Below, piece by piece: positions 41,244-49,746 of a stretch of DNA of 64,000 nt; position 1 is the stretch's first letter; each line of letters begins with the position of its first letter. The translations under genes and the position numbers were made by a program. The notes under the pieces are model-generated. The model had not been told where the DNA came from and made no database searches. It saw nothing but the letters and a program-made list of their open reading frames with translations. The stretch covers positions 384 to 64,383 of the forward strand of contig JAICLE010000007.1 of assembly GCA_025927545.1 (NCBI GenBank), written 5' to 3'. Source of the DNA: Gemmatimonadales bacterium (GTDB lineage Bacteria; Gemmatimonadota; Gemmatimonadetes; Gemmatimonadales; GWC2-71-9).

Positions 41244-41874
41244 GTGCGCCGCGCACCGAGGGGAACCGCTCGGCCGCCGTCCGGAGCACCGCCACCAGGC
41301 CGTATTCGCCGGCCAGCGCGTGATCCGACGCCATGCCGAAGCCACGGCGGCCGAGAGTATCGTAGTAGGTGACGTCGGGCCCGCCTTTGCGGAGGTGGCG
41401 GGCCGCGATATAATCGGGAAAGAGACCGGCGAGCCAGAGCGCGTAGTTGCCCAGGTGCATCATCACCCGGAAGCGCCGCTCGCCCTGACTCGCCTCCAGA
41501 TCCGCCAGGATGTCTACCAGGTAGCGGTGCCGCTGATCGTCGTGCCAGTCGATTCGCCAGGCCCGATCTCGCTGCCCGAAATCGAGCAGCAGTGCCGCCA
41601 TGTAATCGGCCAGCTCGCGGTCGTCGAGCCGGGCGCCCAGCAGCGCGTGGCGCACCACGACGTAGAAGAACAGCGCCTCCGACGGCACCAGCATGGTCCG
41701 CACCGTCAGGAGCCGCTCGAGGAGCTCGGGCGCATCCAGCAGCGGATCCGGCCCTTCCGTCGCCAGCCGCCGTTCGATATAGGCCCGCCGATGCGCGGAG
41801 CCTCGGCTCAGTAGCAGGACCACCAGCTGCAGGTCCGCCGGGGTCAGGCGGCCGCGCGTATTCGCCCGGATCAT
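41164..41874 (-). CDS. conserved-looking hypothetical protein, no family recognised
   Basis: Coding-like composition. The second ATG (41872-41874) has GGAGG at a 7-nt spacing; the first ATG at 41880 abuts the RBS. The 3' 80 nt are antisense to the amidotransferase tail. Confidence 0.55.
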   Translation of the reverse strand: MIRANTRGRLTPADLQLVVLLLSRGSAHRRAYIERRLATEGPDPLLDAPELLERLLTVRTMLVPSEALFFYVVVRHALLGARLDDRELADYMAALLLDFGQRDRAWRIDWHDDQRHRYLVDILADLEASQGERRFRVMMHLGNYALWLAGLFPDYIAARHLRKGGPDVTYYDTLGRRGFGMASDHALAGEYGLVAVLRTAAERFPSVRGALNGVSDRLLFPSHSTPDRILRDLGAM

Positions 41875-43831
41875 GGTCATTCCTCCTTCCAATCTCGCCG
41901 CAACGGCCTCGGCCGATGATCTCGCGCTACTCCGCCGGGTGACGGCCTTCGGCCAGGAGCTCGCCGGGACCCTGCGGCGCGCGTCCGTCATCGACCTGCT
42001 GATGCGGCACATCCGCGAGAGTCTCTCGCCCACCGAAATTGCCCTGGCGCTGTTTCATCCTGACGCCGAGGCCCGGGACGTCGTGCACGCCTGGCCCACC
42101 GGGCGACCCGATCGCCGGCCGCTGCTGCAGTTGGTGGAGCAACGCGGCCCGCTGGTGCTGGCCGACGGGCTGACGCCGCTGGTCGAGGCCGGCGAGCTGC
42201 CGCCTCAGGTGGATGGCGGCGGCTCCTGGCTGCTCGCGCCGTTCGTCGCGCGGGGCCGGGTCACCGGAGCCATGGCGATCGGCGGCGAACCCGGCCGCTT
42301 CGGGCCCTCCGCGCTCCGGTTGCTCGAGGGGCTGGTGAGTCAGGCCAGCATCGCGCTCGAGAGCGCCCGCCTGGTGGACCTCCACGACGATGGCCGGCGC
42401 TCCTGGCAGGAAGTCGTGGATGCCATCTCCCCGGCGCTTTGCATCGTGGACCGCGGCGGGCGAATCCGGCGTGCCAACCGCGCCTTTGCCGACCTGGTGA
42501 ATGCCCCTCCGGCGAGCCTGATCGGCCGCCCCTGGCAGGCCTTTATTCCACCCGAATGGTCGGGGGAGTTGCAGCGCGCGTTGGAGCAGCAAGGAGCGGG
42601 CCGCGAGGTCGACCTGCGCACGGGCGAGCGCACCTACGCGGTCACCGCCGTCCCCAGTACCAGCACCGACCGCTCGGCGCTCGTGCTCCTCTTCGATGAT
42701 CAGACGGAGCGGCGGCGATTGCAAGACCAGCTCATCCAATCGGAAAAGCTCTCCGCCATCGGCCAGCTCATCGCCGGCATCGCGCACGACCTGAACAATC
42801 CGCTGGCCTCCGTAGTCGGCTTCGCCGACTTCCTGAAGGAGGTGCCGAACGTGCCGCCGGCGCTCCGGGAGCCGCTCACAGTGATTCAGGAGGAGGCCGA
42901 GCGGGCGTCGAACATCGTCAAGAATCTCCTCGGCTTCGCGCGCAAGCAGGAGCATCAGCGCCGCCCCACGCCGCTGCGTCCGCTGCTCGACGCCACGTTC
43001 GTGCTGCTCAGGAACCAGCTCATGGCCCACCGCGTCGAGGCCCGGATCGAGATCGAGCCCGACCTTCCGGCGCCCGACATCGATCCCAATCAGATCCAGC
43101 AGGTGTTCGTCAACCTGATCAACAACGCCGCGCAGGCCATCGCGAGCACCGGCCGGCCGGGCCGGGTGCTGGTGCGCGCGCGCCGATGGCTGGACGGTGT
43201 GGCCATCGACGTCATCGACGACGGCCCCGGGATGTCGGAGCCCGTCGCGGCCCAGGTGTTCGAGCCCTTCTTCACCACCAAGCCCGAGGGCGAGGGGACC
43301 GGCCTGGGTCTTTCGATCAGCCAGGGCATCCTCCGGGAGCACGGCGGCCGGATCATGCTGTTCACCGAGGAGGGACGCGGCTCCAGCTTCACCGTGCAGC
43401 TCCCGCTTGCGAGCCGGCCCCCCGCCCCGCCGCCCGAGCCCGGGACGGGGGCTCCAACGAAACGCCTTCGCGTCCTCGTCGTCGACGACGAGCCTCACAT
43501 CCTGCACTACATGCGCGCCACACTGGAGGCGTGGGGCCACACCCCCGTCGTGGCCAGCAACGGGCGTGAAGGCCTCGAGCTCACGGAGCGCGAGACCTTC
43601 GATTTGGTGATCTCCGACCTCCGCATGCCCGAGCTTGGAGGGCGCGAGTTCTACGAGGAGCTCGCGCGGCGGCAGCCGGCGATGCTCGACCGGCTCGTCT
43701 TCAGCACCGGCGACACCGTCCGGGGCGACACCCTCGCCTTCCTGGAGAGCATTGACCGGCCCTATCTCCACAAGCCGTTCAGCCTCGCGGAGCTTCGGGC
43801 GCTGCTCGCGGGAGTGGCGCGGGAGGCGTGA
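41873..43831 (+). CDS. hybrid sensor histidine kinase/response regulator (GAF-like, PAS, HisKA, HATPase_c, REC)
   Basis: H-box SAIGQLIAGIAHDLNNPL, N-box FVNLINNAAQA, G-boxes DDGPGM and GTGLGLS, and a receiver domain RVLVVDDEP...DLVISDLRMPELGG. The start is uncertain: ATG 41873 overlaps the divergent gene, and GTG 41939 is an alternative. Confidence 0.88.
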   Translation: MVIPPSNLAATASADDLALLRRVTAFGQELAGTLRRASVIDLLMRHIRESLSPTEIALALFHPDAEARDVVHAWPTGRPDRRPLLQLVEQRGPLVLADGLTPLVEAGELPPQVDGGGSWLLAPFVARGRVTGAMAIGGEPGRFGPSALRLLEGLVSQASIALESARLVDLHDDGRRSWQEVVDAISPALCIVDRGGRIRRANRAFADLVNAPPASLIGRPWQAFIPPEWSGELQRALEQQGAGREVDLRTGERTYAVTAVPSTSTDRSALVLLFDDQTERRRLQDQLIQSEKLSAIGQLIAGIAHDLNNPLASVVGFADFLKEVPNVPPALREPLTVIQEEAERASNIVKNLLGFARKQEHQRRPTPLRPLLDATFVLLRNQLMAHRVEARIEIEPDLPAPDIDPNQIQQVFVNLINNAAQAIASTGRPGRVLVRARRWLDGVAIDVIDDGPGMSEPVAAQVFEPFFTTKPEGEGTGLGLSISQGILREHGGRIMLFTEEGRGSSFTVQLPLASRPPAPPPEPGTGAPTKRLRVLVVDDEPHILHYMRATLEAWGHTPVVASNGREGLELTERETFDLVISDLRMPELGGREFYEELARRQPAMLDRLVFSTGDTVRGDTLAFLESIDRPYLHKPFSLAELRALLAGVAREA

Positions 43832-44910
43832 GGACGCGGGTCGTTCACGTTGCGTCGGGACGCGAGTGGCGCGGCGGACAGCGTCAGGTATGGTTGCTGG
43901 CGCGCGAGCTCGCACGGCTGGGCGACGTCGAGCAGGTCGTGGTCACGGGTCGCGGGAGCGAGCTGGCGGCGCGCCTTCGACGGGATGGGGTGCCGGTTCG
44001 CTCCGTTCGCTGGAGCGCAGGCCTCGACCCGCGTGTGCTGCCGGGTCTGGTGGCCGAGCTGCGGCAGCCGCCCGCGATGGTGCACGCGCACGACGGGCAT
44101 GCGGTCACCCTGGCGGGCATCGGCGCCGGACTCACCGGGCGGCCGCTGATCGTGACCCGCCGAGTCCAGTTCCCCCTCCGGCGCCGGGGATTCTGGACCA
44201 GGGCCGCGCGTGTCATCGCCGTGTCCCGGGCCGTGGCCGATGTGGTCGTGGCCGGTGGAGTCCGCGCGGCGCGCGTCACCGTCGTCCACTCGGGAATCTC
44301 GCCCGAGGAGATCCGCGGCACCGAGCGCCTCGGCGTCCGCGCGCGGCTGGGCCTCGCCCCCGACGTGACGATCGCTGCCAGCGTGGGCGCGCTGGAATCG
44401 AACAAGGACCATGCGACGCTGATCCGAGCCGCCGCGCGCCTGGCCCACGCGTACCCGTCACTCCACTGGGTCGTCGCCGGCGAGGGTCCGATGCGCTCGG
44501 CGCTCGAGCGCCTTGCCCGCGAGCTCGACCTCTCGCACCGCGTGCATCTCATCGGGCACCTCGACGAGCCCGCCCGCCTCGTGGCCGATGCGGATCTTTT
44601 CACCATGAGTTCGCGCGAGGAGGGGCTCGGCACCTCGGTGCTCGAGGCGATGGTGCTTGGCATCCCGGTTGCGTCTACCGCCGCGGGCGGGCTCCCGGAG
44701 ATGCTGCAGGACGGTGCCGGCGTGCTCGCCCCACCAGAGAATCCCGACGCCCTCGCCGGTGCGGTGGCCCGGTTGCTGTCCGAGCCCGGGCTGGCACGCT
44801 CGGTGGTGGCTCGGGCCTCGCTCGCGGTCCAGGAGTTCACGGCGGCACGGATGGCAGCCGCGGTCCGGTCGGTGTATCGTTCGTGCGCCCATTCCTTTGA
44901 CGGATCATGA
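43828..44910 (+). CDS. GT4-family glycosyltransferase
   Basis: GTGA overlap with GGGAGG upstream. C-terminal motif SSREEGLGTSVLEAMVLGIPVAST..GG.PE. Confidence 0.88.
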   Translation: MRTRVVHVASGREWRGGQRQVWLLARELARLGDVEQVVVTGRGSELAARLRRDGVPVRSVRWSAGLDPRVLPGLVAELRQPPAMVHAHDGHAVTLAGIGAGLTGRPLIVTRRVQFPLRRRGFWTRAARVIAVSRAVADVVVAGGVRAARVTVVHSGISPEEIRGTERLGVRARLGLAPDVTIAASVGALESNKDHATLIRAAARLAHAYPSLHWVVAGEGPMRSALERLARELDLSHRVHLIGHLDEPARLVADADLFTMSSREEGLGTSVLEAMVLGIPVASTAAGGLPEMLQDGAGVLAPPENPDALAGAVARLLSEPGLARSVVARASLAVQEFTAARMAAAVRSVYRSCAHSFDGS

Positions 44911-45695
44911 TTTACGTTTGCATACCGAGTCACAACGAGGCTCCCACGGTGGGGCTCCTGCTGTGGAAGATCCGGCAGGTGTTCGCCGCGTTTCCGCGGG
45001 AATATCAACTGCTGGTGCTGGACGACGGCAGCACGGACAGCACGAGCGAGGTACTCGAGCGCTACACCCGGGTGCTGCCGCTCACCGTCATCCGGCGCGC
45101 CGAGCGGCAGGGCTACGGACGCTCGGTCGAGGAACTGCTCCGGACGGCGGTGGAGCGCACCGATCGCCCCAAGCGCGACACGGCGATCCTGATGCACGCC
45201 GACTTTACCCATAACGCGCAGCTCATTCCCGATCTCGTCCGCCGGATCGAGAGCGGCGCCGACCTCGTCGTCGCCGAAGGGCGCGTCGCCGGGGGTTCGT
45301 CACTGTCCGTGCGGCTCACGCGCCGCTACGCACCCCTCCTCCTCCGCGGTGTGGTCACTGTGCCCGGCGTCCGCGACCTGGTGTCCGGATTCGCCGCCAT
45401 CCGGCTGGTGGCGCTACGGAACGCGCTCCGGAGCCAGGCCGACCGGCTGCTCGTCACCGATGGCTGGGCGGCCAACGCCGAGCTCTACTGGCGCGCGGGC
45501 CGCTACGCTCGCCGCGTCGAGACCGTCGCCTCGGTGGAACGGTACGACCTCCGGAGCCGGGCCTCGCGCGCCGGCGCCGGCGCGGTCGCGGGAGCGCTCT
45601 GGCGGGCGCGACGCGCTCTGCGGGACGCGCCGGTGCCTCCCCTGCCGCCCGAGACCACCGCGCGGCGCGAACTGGAGGCGGGTGCCGCGCCGTGA
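44907..45695 (+). CDS. GT2-family glycosyltransferase (polyprenol-phosphate glycosyltransferase-like)
   Basis: ATGA overlap. Motifs VCIPSHNEAPTVG and LLVLDDGSTDST, with ILMHADFTH at the DxD position. Confidence 0.82.
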   Translation: MIYVCIPSHNEAPTVGLLLWKIRQVFAAFPREYQLLVLDDGSTDSTSEVLERYTRVLPLTVIRRAERQGYGRSVEELLRTAVERTDRPKRDTAILMHADFTHNAQLIPDLVRRIESGADLVVAEGRVAGGSSLSVRLTRRYAPLLLRGVVTVPGVRDLVSGFAAIRLVALRNALRSQADRLLVTDGWAANAELYWRAGRYARRVETVASVERYDLRSRASRAGAGAVAGALWRARRALRDAPVPPLPPETTARRELEAGAAP

Positions 45696-46417
45696 ATTCG
45701 CTGCTCTTGGCGCTGTCCCTCTTCCAGGGCGCGACCCAGCCACCACCCGTCCCTCACTACCCGTGGGCCGTCGGCGAGACGCTCACCTACTCGGCCAAGC
45801 TGGGCATGCTGTCTCTGGGTTCCGGCACGCTGGAAGTGGCCGGGCTCGACACGGTGCGCGGCGCCGAGTCGTTCCGCTTCCGCTTCCGGCTTCAGGGCAG
45901 GACGGTCTTCTATTCGCTGGACGATGTGCTGGAGTCGTACACGGGAACCCGGGACATGGTCTCCCGCCGGTTCGTGCAGGACTTCGTCGAGAACGACAAA
46001 CCGAGCCACCGGCTGTTCGAGATCTTCCCCGATTCGGGGTTCTACCGCGAGCACGGGAAGGATACGGTCGTTCGGGCGGCCCCGGCGGCACCCCTCGACG
46101 ATGCCGCCTTCTTCTATTTCATCCGCGTCACGCCGCTCGAGGTGGGGAAGAAGTACACCTACGACCGATACTTCCGGAAGGACAAGAATCCCGTCACGAT
46201 CGAGGTCGTCAAGCGCGAGAAGATGGAGCTCCCCGACGGCCGCGAGGTGCCATGCCTGGTGCTCCATCCGGTGATCGACACCAAGGGAATGTTCTCCAAG
46301 CGCTCGGACACCCGGCTCTGGCTCACCGACGACGAGCGGAGGCTGCCCGTACAGATCCGCAGCAAGTTTCCCTTCGGCACCATCACGCTCCGATTGAAGG
46401 ACATGGTCCTGCGGTGA
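45692..46417 (+). CDS. DUF3108-like secreted protein
   Basis: GTGA overlap, a signal-like N-terminus and the pattern GETLTYSAKLGMLSLGSGTLEV. Size (241 aa) and beta-rich composition also fit. Assignment is from memory. Confidence 0.65.
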   Translation: MNSLLLALSLFQGATQPPPVPHYPWAVGETLTYSAKLGMLSLGSGTLEVAGLDTVRGAESFRFRFRLQGRTVFYSLDDVLESYTGTRDMVSRRFVQDFVENDKPSHRLFEIFPDSGFYREHGKDTVVRAAPAAPLDDAAFFYFIRVTPLEVGKKYTYDRYFRKDKNPVTIEVVKREKMELPDGREVPCLVLHPVIDTKGMFSKRSDTRLWLTDDERRLPVQIRSKFPFGTITLRLKDMVLR

Positions 46418-47370
46418 GCTACCGCGAGGCCGACCTTCGGCGCCTCACCACCGTCCCCGTCGCGACGCGGCGGAACAAGGTCGATCCCTCGCTGCTGGCC
46501 GGTGTGCCCGGACTCGACCGTTCCTTCGCCGCCTTCCTGGACAGCCTGCCGGACATTCTTGCCGCGCGGGACCTCCGCGCGGTAGTCGCCGGCGTGGCCG
46601 CGGCCGCCCGGGCACGCCGGGGGGTCGTTCTGCTGGTGGGGGGCCACGTGGTCAAGGTCGGGCTCGGCCCGCTGCTTCGGACCTTGCTCGCACGCGGCGT
46701 GGTCACCCATGTGGCGCTCAATGGCGCCGCGGCGATCCACGACTTCGAGCTCGCGGCGTTCGGCGGCACCAGCGAAGACGTGGAAAGTGGGCTGGCGGAC
46801 GGGAGTTTCGGAATGGCCGAGGAGACGGGGGCCGAAATGAATGCGGCGATCGGGGCCGCCGCCCGAGCCGAGCAGGGCATGGGCGAGGGGCTGGCCCGGG
46901 CGCTGGCGGAGCGAGAGACGCTCCCGGGCCGCGATGCGTCCCTGCTGCTGGCCGCGCGCGAGTACGAGGTGCCCGTGACCGTGCACGTCGCTATCGGCGC
47001 GGAGATCATTCACCAGCACCCCTCGGCCGACGGCGCCGCCATCGGGGCCACGAGCCACCGGGACTTCCGGCGTCTCGCCGGATCACTCGCCGCGCTCGAC
47101 CAGGGCGGCGCCGTTCTCAACCTCGGCAGCGCCGTGGTGCTGCCTGAAGTGTTCCTCAAGGCGCTCACCATCGCACGCAACCTGGACGCCGGTCGCCCGA
47201 CGCATTTCCTGGCCGCCGATTTCGACATGCAGCGGCACTACCGGCCGCGGCTCAACGTGGTTCAGCGTCCCACCCGCGCCGGCGGCGCCGGCTACATGCT
47301 GACCGGACATCACGAGCTGCTCCTGCCGCTCCTGGTCTGGGGCGTGCTGGGAGCGCTCGACCGCCCGTGA
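46414..47370 (+). CDS. deoxyhypusine-synthase-like (DS family) protein
   Basis: GTGA overlap. Motif LLVGGHVVKVGLGPLLRTLLARGVVTHVALNGAAAIHDFELA resembles the DHS Rossmann core, and NLGSAVVLPEVF follows later. Assignment is from memory. Confidence 0.6.
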   Translation: MSYREADLRRLTTVPVATRRNKVDPSLLAGVPGLDRSFAAFLDSLPDILAARDLRAVVAGVAAAARARRGVVLLVGGHVVKVGLGPLLRTLLARGVVTHVALNGAAAIHDFELAAFGGTSEDVESGLADGSFGMAEETGAEMNAAIGAAARAEQGMGEGLARALAERETLPGRDASLLLAAREYEVPVTVHVAIGAEIIHQHPSADGAAIGATSHRDFRRLAGSLAALDQGGAVLNLGSAVVLPEVFLKALTIARNLDAGRPTHFLAADFDMQRHYRPRLNVVQRPTRAGGAGYMLTGHHELLLPLLVWGVLGALDRP

Positions 47371-47383
47371 GGGTGATTGGGCG

Positions 47384-47596
47384 CTACGCGGGCCGGCCGC
47401 CGATCATCTCCCGGACGCGCGCCGCCGTGTCCGGAGCGATGACCTTGAGCGCCAGATAGATCAGGAAGCCGATGAACGCGAACCACGCGACCGTCAGCAG
47501 CAGCCCGATCAGCATCCCGAAGAGGCCGAAGAAGAGTTTCAGCAGAAACACCGCGATGACGGCGAACACCGCGAAGCCCAGCAGTTTCCGGAACAT
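47384..47596 (-). CDS. small hypothetical membrane protein (two TM helices)
   Basis: 70 aa, hydrophobic (FAVFAVIAVFLLKLFFGLFGMLIGLLLTVAWFAFIGFLIYLAL). The composition is clearly coding and differs from the surrounding antisense noise. Confidence 0.55.
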   Translation of the reverse strand: MFRKLLGFAVFAVIAVFLLKLFFGLFGMLIGLLLTVAWFAFIGFLIYLALKVIAPDTAARVREMIGGRPA

Positions 47597-47669
47597 GATG
47601 GTTTCCCTCCGCGAAGCGGGTCGGCAGCACGTACGCCCGCACGTTTCAGAAAGTTTCAGGGAAATATAG

Positions 47670-48776
47670 GTGACGGCGACCTACGATGTCATCGTCGTGG
47701 GCGGCGGTCCGGTGGGGGCCGCCTGCGCACGGGAACTCGCCATGGCGGGACGCCAGGTGCTGGTGCTCGAGCGCGGCGGCGAGACCGGCCAGGCCTGGCA
47801 GGCCGCCGCCGGCATGCTCGCGCCCCAGATCGAGGCCGGCGAGGACGACCCGCTCCTCGAGCTGGGGCTGGCGGGCCGCGAGCTGTACACGCCGCTCGGC
47901 GAAGCGCTCCGGGAGACGACGGGAACGGACATCGGCCTGTGGCGGGACGGGATCGCCTGGGTCGCGGCGGACGAGGCGGAGGCGGCAGAGCTCCGCTCAC
48001 GCTGCGCCTGGCAGCGCCAGCACGGCCACCTCTCCGACTGGCTCGACGCCGACGAGGTCAGGGCGCGCTGGCCCTGGCTCGGTCCCGCGGCGGGTGCGCT
48101 GTGGGCCGCGCGCGAGGGCGCGCTCGACCCCGGAAAGCTGGTCTCCGCGCTGCGCGCCGACGCCGAGCGCCTCGGGGCGACGCTGATCCGCGACACCATC
48201 ACGAGCATCGACCAGCGCGGCGACCGGGTCGTCGGCGCCGTCGGGCGGGACGGCCGCTACTCGGCGGGCGAAGTGATCCTGGCCGCGGGCGCATGGTCGG
48301 GAGCGGTGGAGGGGGTGCCGCGGCCGCTGGCGGTGGCTCCGGTGCGGGGACAGATGGCGGCGTTCCCGTGGCCGGACGGCGCGGCGCGGGCCATCGTGTA
48401 CGGGCACGGCTCCTACATGCTGGCGCGGAACGACGAGGCCATCACCGGGTCGACGATGGAGTATGCGGGCTTCCACCCGGAGACGACGCCCGCGGGTCTC
48501 GCGCGCATCTTCGCCGGGGTGACGGCGCTCTGCCCCACGCTCACCACGGCCGCGGTCAAGCGCACCTGGGCCGGGCTCAGACCGGTGAGCGCCGACGGAC
48601 TTCCGATCATCGGCGCGGAGCCTCGGCTCGCGGGACTCTGGTATGCCACGGGCCACGGGCGAAACGGCATCCTGCTGGCCGGGATCACCGGGCTGGTCGT
48701 GCGGCAGCTGCTGGCGGGTGAGTCCACCGTCGAGGACATTGACGCGTTCTCGCCCGCACGCTTCTGGTCGTGGTAG
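47670..48776 (+). CDS. thiO: glycine-oxidase-like FAD-dependent oxidoreductase (DAO family, ThiO-like)
   Basis: GTG start. Motifs YDVIVVGGGPVGAACA, AAGMLAPQ.E, VRGQM and ATGHGRNGILLAG.TG. There are no thiS/thiG neighbours, so the symbol is tentative. Confidence 0.75.
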   Translation: MTATYDVIVVGGGPVGAACARELAMAGRQVLVLERGGETGQAWQAAAGMLAPQIEAGEDDPLLELGLAGRELYTPLGEALRETTGTDIGLWRDGIAWVAADEAEAAELRSRCAWQRQHGHLSDWLDADEVRARWPWLGPAAGALWAAREGALDPGKLVSALRADAERLGATLIRDTITSIDQRGDRVVGAVGRDGRYSAGEVILAAGAWSGAVEGVPRPLAVAPVRGQMAAFPWPDGAARAIVYGHGSYMLARNDEAITGSTMEYAGFHPETTPAGLARIFAGVTALCPTLTTAAVKRTWAGLRPVSADGLPIIGAEPRLAGLWYATGHGRNGILLAGITGLVVRQLLAGESTVEDIDAFSPARFWSW

Positions 48777-49140
48777 ACGGTGATCGAAGACGCGCGTCGC
48801 CGACTACCCGACGGCAGAGGTCAGTAGAGCAGTAGACCATACCTGCACCCCCTGCCGCCGAATAGCCGGCGACGCCTGCTCGCGCCAACGCACGTCGTGT
48901 GCCAGCCGCACCTCGCTGGACGCTCTCTCTACGCCGACGACGCATTCGTTGGATGCGTCGCCGCCGCGAGATCAATCCGGCACCGAGTCCCCGGCGTATA
49001 CGGTGTGATGCGCAGCCACCGGCGTGGGCCATGGTATGGCCGTGCTCGCGCCGGCTTGTGAAGGTCCGACGGTGGCGTGTAGACTCTCTGAGTTCCGGGT
49101 CCTGCTACTGCCGCCGCGGAGCCTGCTCAACTGATGCAGC

Positions 49141-49746
49141 ATGTCTGACGGGGCGCCGCACTCAGTTTCCGCCGCCGACTTCGCGCTAGTTGCCCGCGCG
49201 GCCGCGGGCGACCAGCGCGCGATCGGTCCGCTCTACGACCGCTACGGCGCGGTGCTCTACGCGGTGGCGTACCGGATCGTGGGACAGGCGGCGGACGCCG
49301 AGGAAGTCGTGGCGGATGCGTTCGCCCAGGCCTGGCGCGACGCGCCCCGGTTCGATGCGGGGCGTGGCTCGGTGGCCGGTTGGCTCACCATGATCGCGCG
49401 GAGCCGGGCGCTGGACCTGGTCCGCGCGCGGACCCGCCGCGACCGCATCACAGCCAGCGCAGCGGCCGATCGGCCCGAGCATTCCCCCGCCATGGGTGAT
49501 TTCCGGCCGGACCCGGCCGGCGCCCTCGAGCATGCCGAGCGGCGACGCGAGGTGCGGCAGGCGCTGGCCTCGCTGAGCGCGCCGCAACGGGAGGCGATCG
49601 AGCTCGCCTACTTCGAAGGGCTTTCGCAGTCCGAGATCGCCGAGCGGCTGCAGGAGCCGCTTGGCACGGTGAAGACACGCGTGCGCCTCGGCATGCAGAA
49701 GCTGCGCGAGTGCCTGCGCCCCTTCTACTTCGAGCGTGGCCAATGA
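49141..49746 (+). CDS. ECF-type RNA polymerase sigma factor (SigK-like)
   Basis: Region 2 LYDRYGAVLYAVAYRIVGQAADAEEVVADAFAQAW and region 4 QREAIELAYFEGLSQSEIAERLQEPLGTVKTRVRLGMQKLR. Confidence 0.9.
   Translation: MSDGAPHSVSAADFALVARAAAGDQRAIGPLYDRYGAVLYAVAYRIVGQAADAEEVVADAFAQAWRDAPRFDAGRGSVAGWLTMIARSRALDLVRARTRRDRITASAAADRPEHSPAMGDFRPDPAGALEHAERRREVRQALASLSAPQREAIELAYFEGLSQSEIAERLQEPLGTVKTRVRLGMQKLRECLRPFYFERGQ

Noticed and set aside
41927-43915. 662-aa ORF on the minus strand
   Set aside because: It is antisense to the histidine kinase, whose H, N and G boxes and receiver domain are unambiguous. The composition is Arg/Gly/Pro noise.
43635-44900. 421-aa plus-strand ORF overlapping the kinase 3' end and the GT4 gene
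   Set aside because: It is an alternative frame of the GT4 gene, which carries the conserved E-x7-E region (EEGLGTSVLEAM). The product is Arg/Gly/Pro-rich.
47597-47669. Possible TPP riboswitch upstream of the thiO-like gene
   Set aside because: Only 73 nt are available, shared with a divergent gene. I saw none of the conserved TPP-aptamer segments (CUGAGA, ACCUGAUCUGGAUAAUGCCAGCG-like).
48685-49189. ORFs of 115 aa (minus) and 96 aa (plus) in the thiO/sigma gap
   Set aside because: Both are extremely Arg-rich, with no hydrophobic core, no RBS and no codon-position bias resembling neighbouring genes. I treat the region as non-coding.
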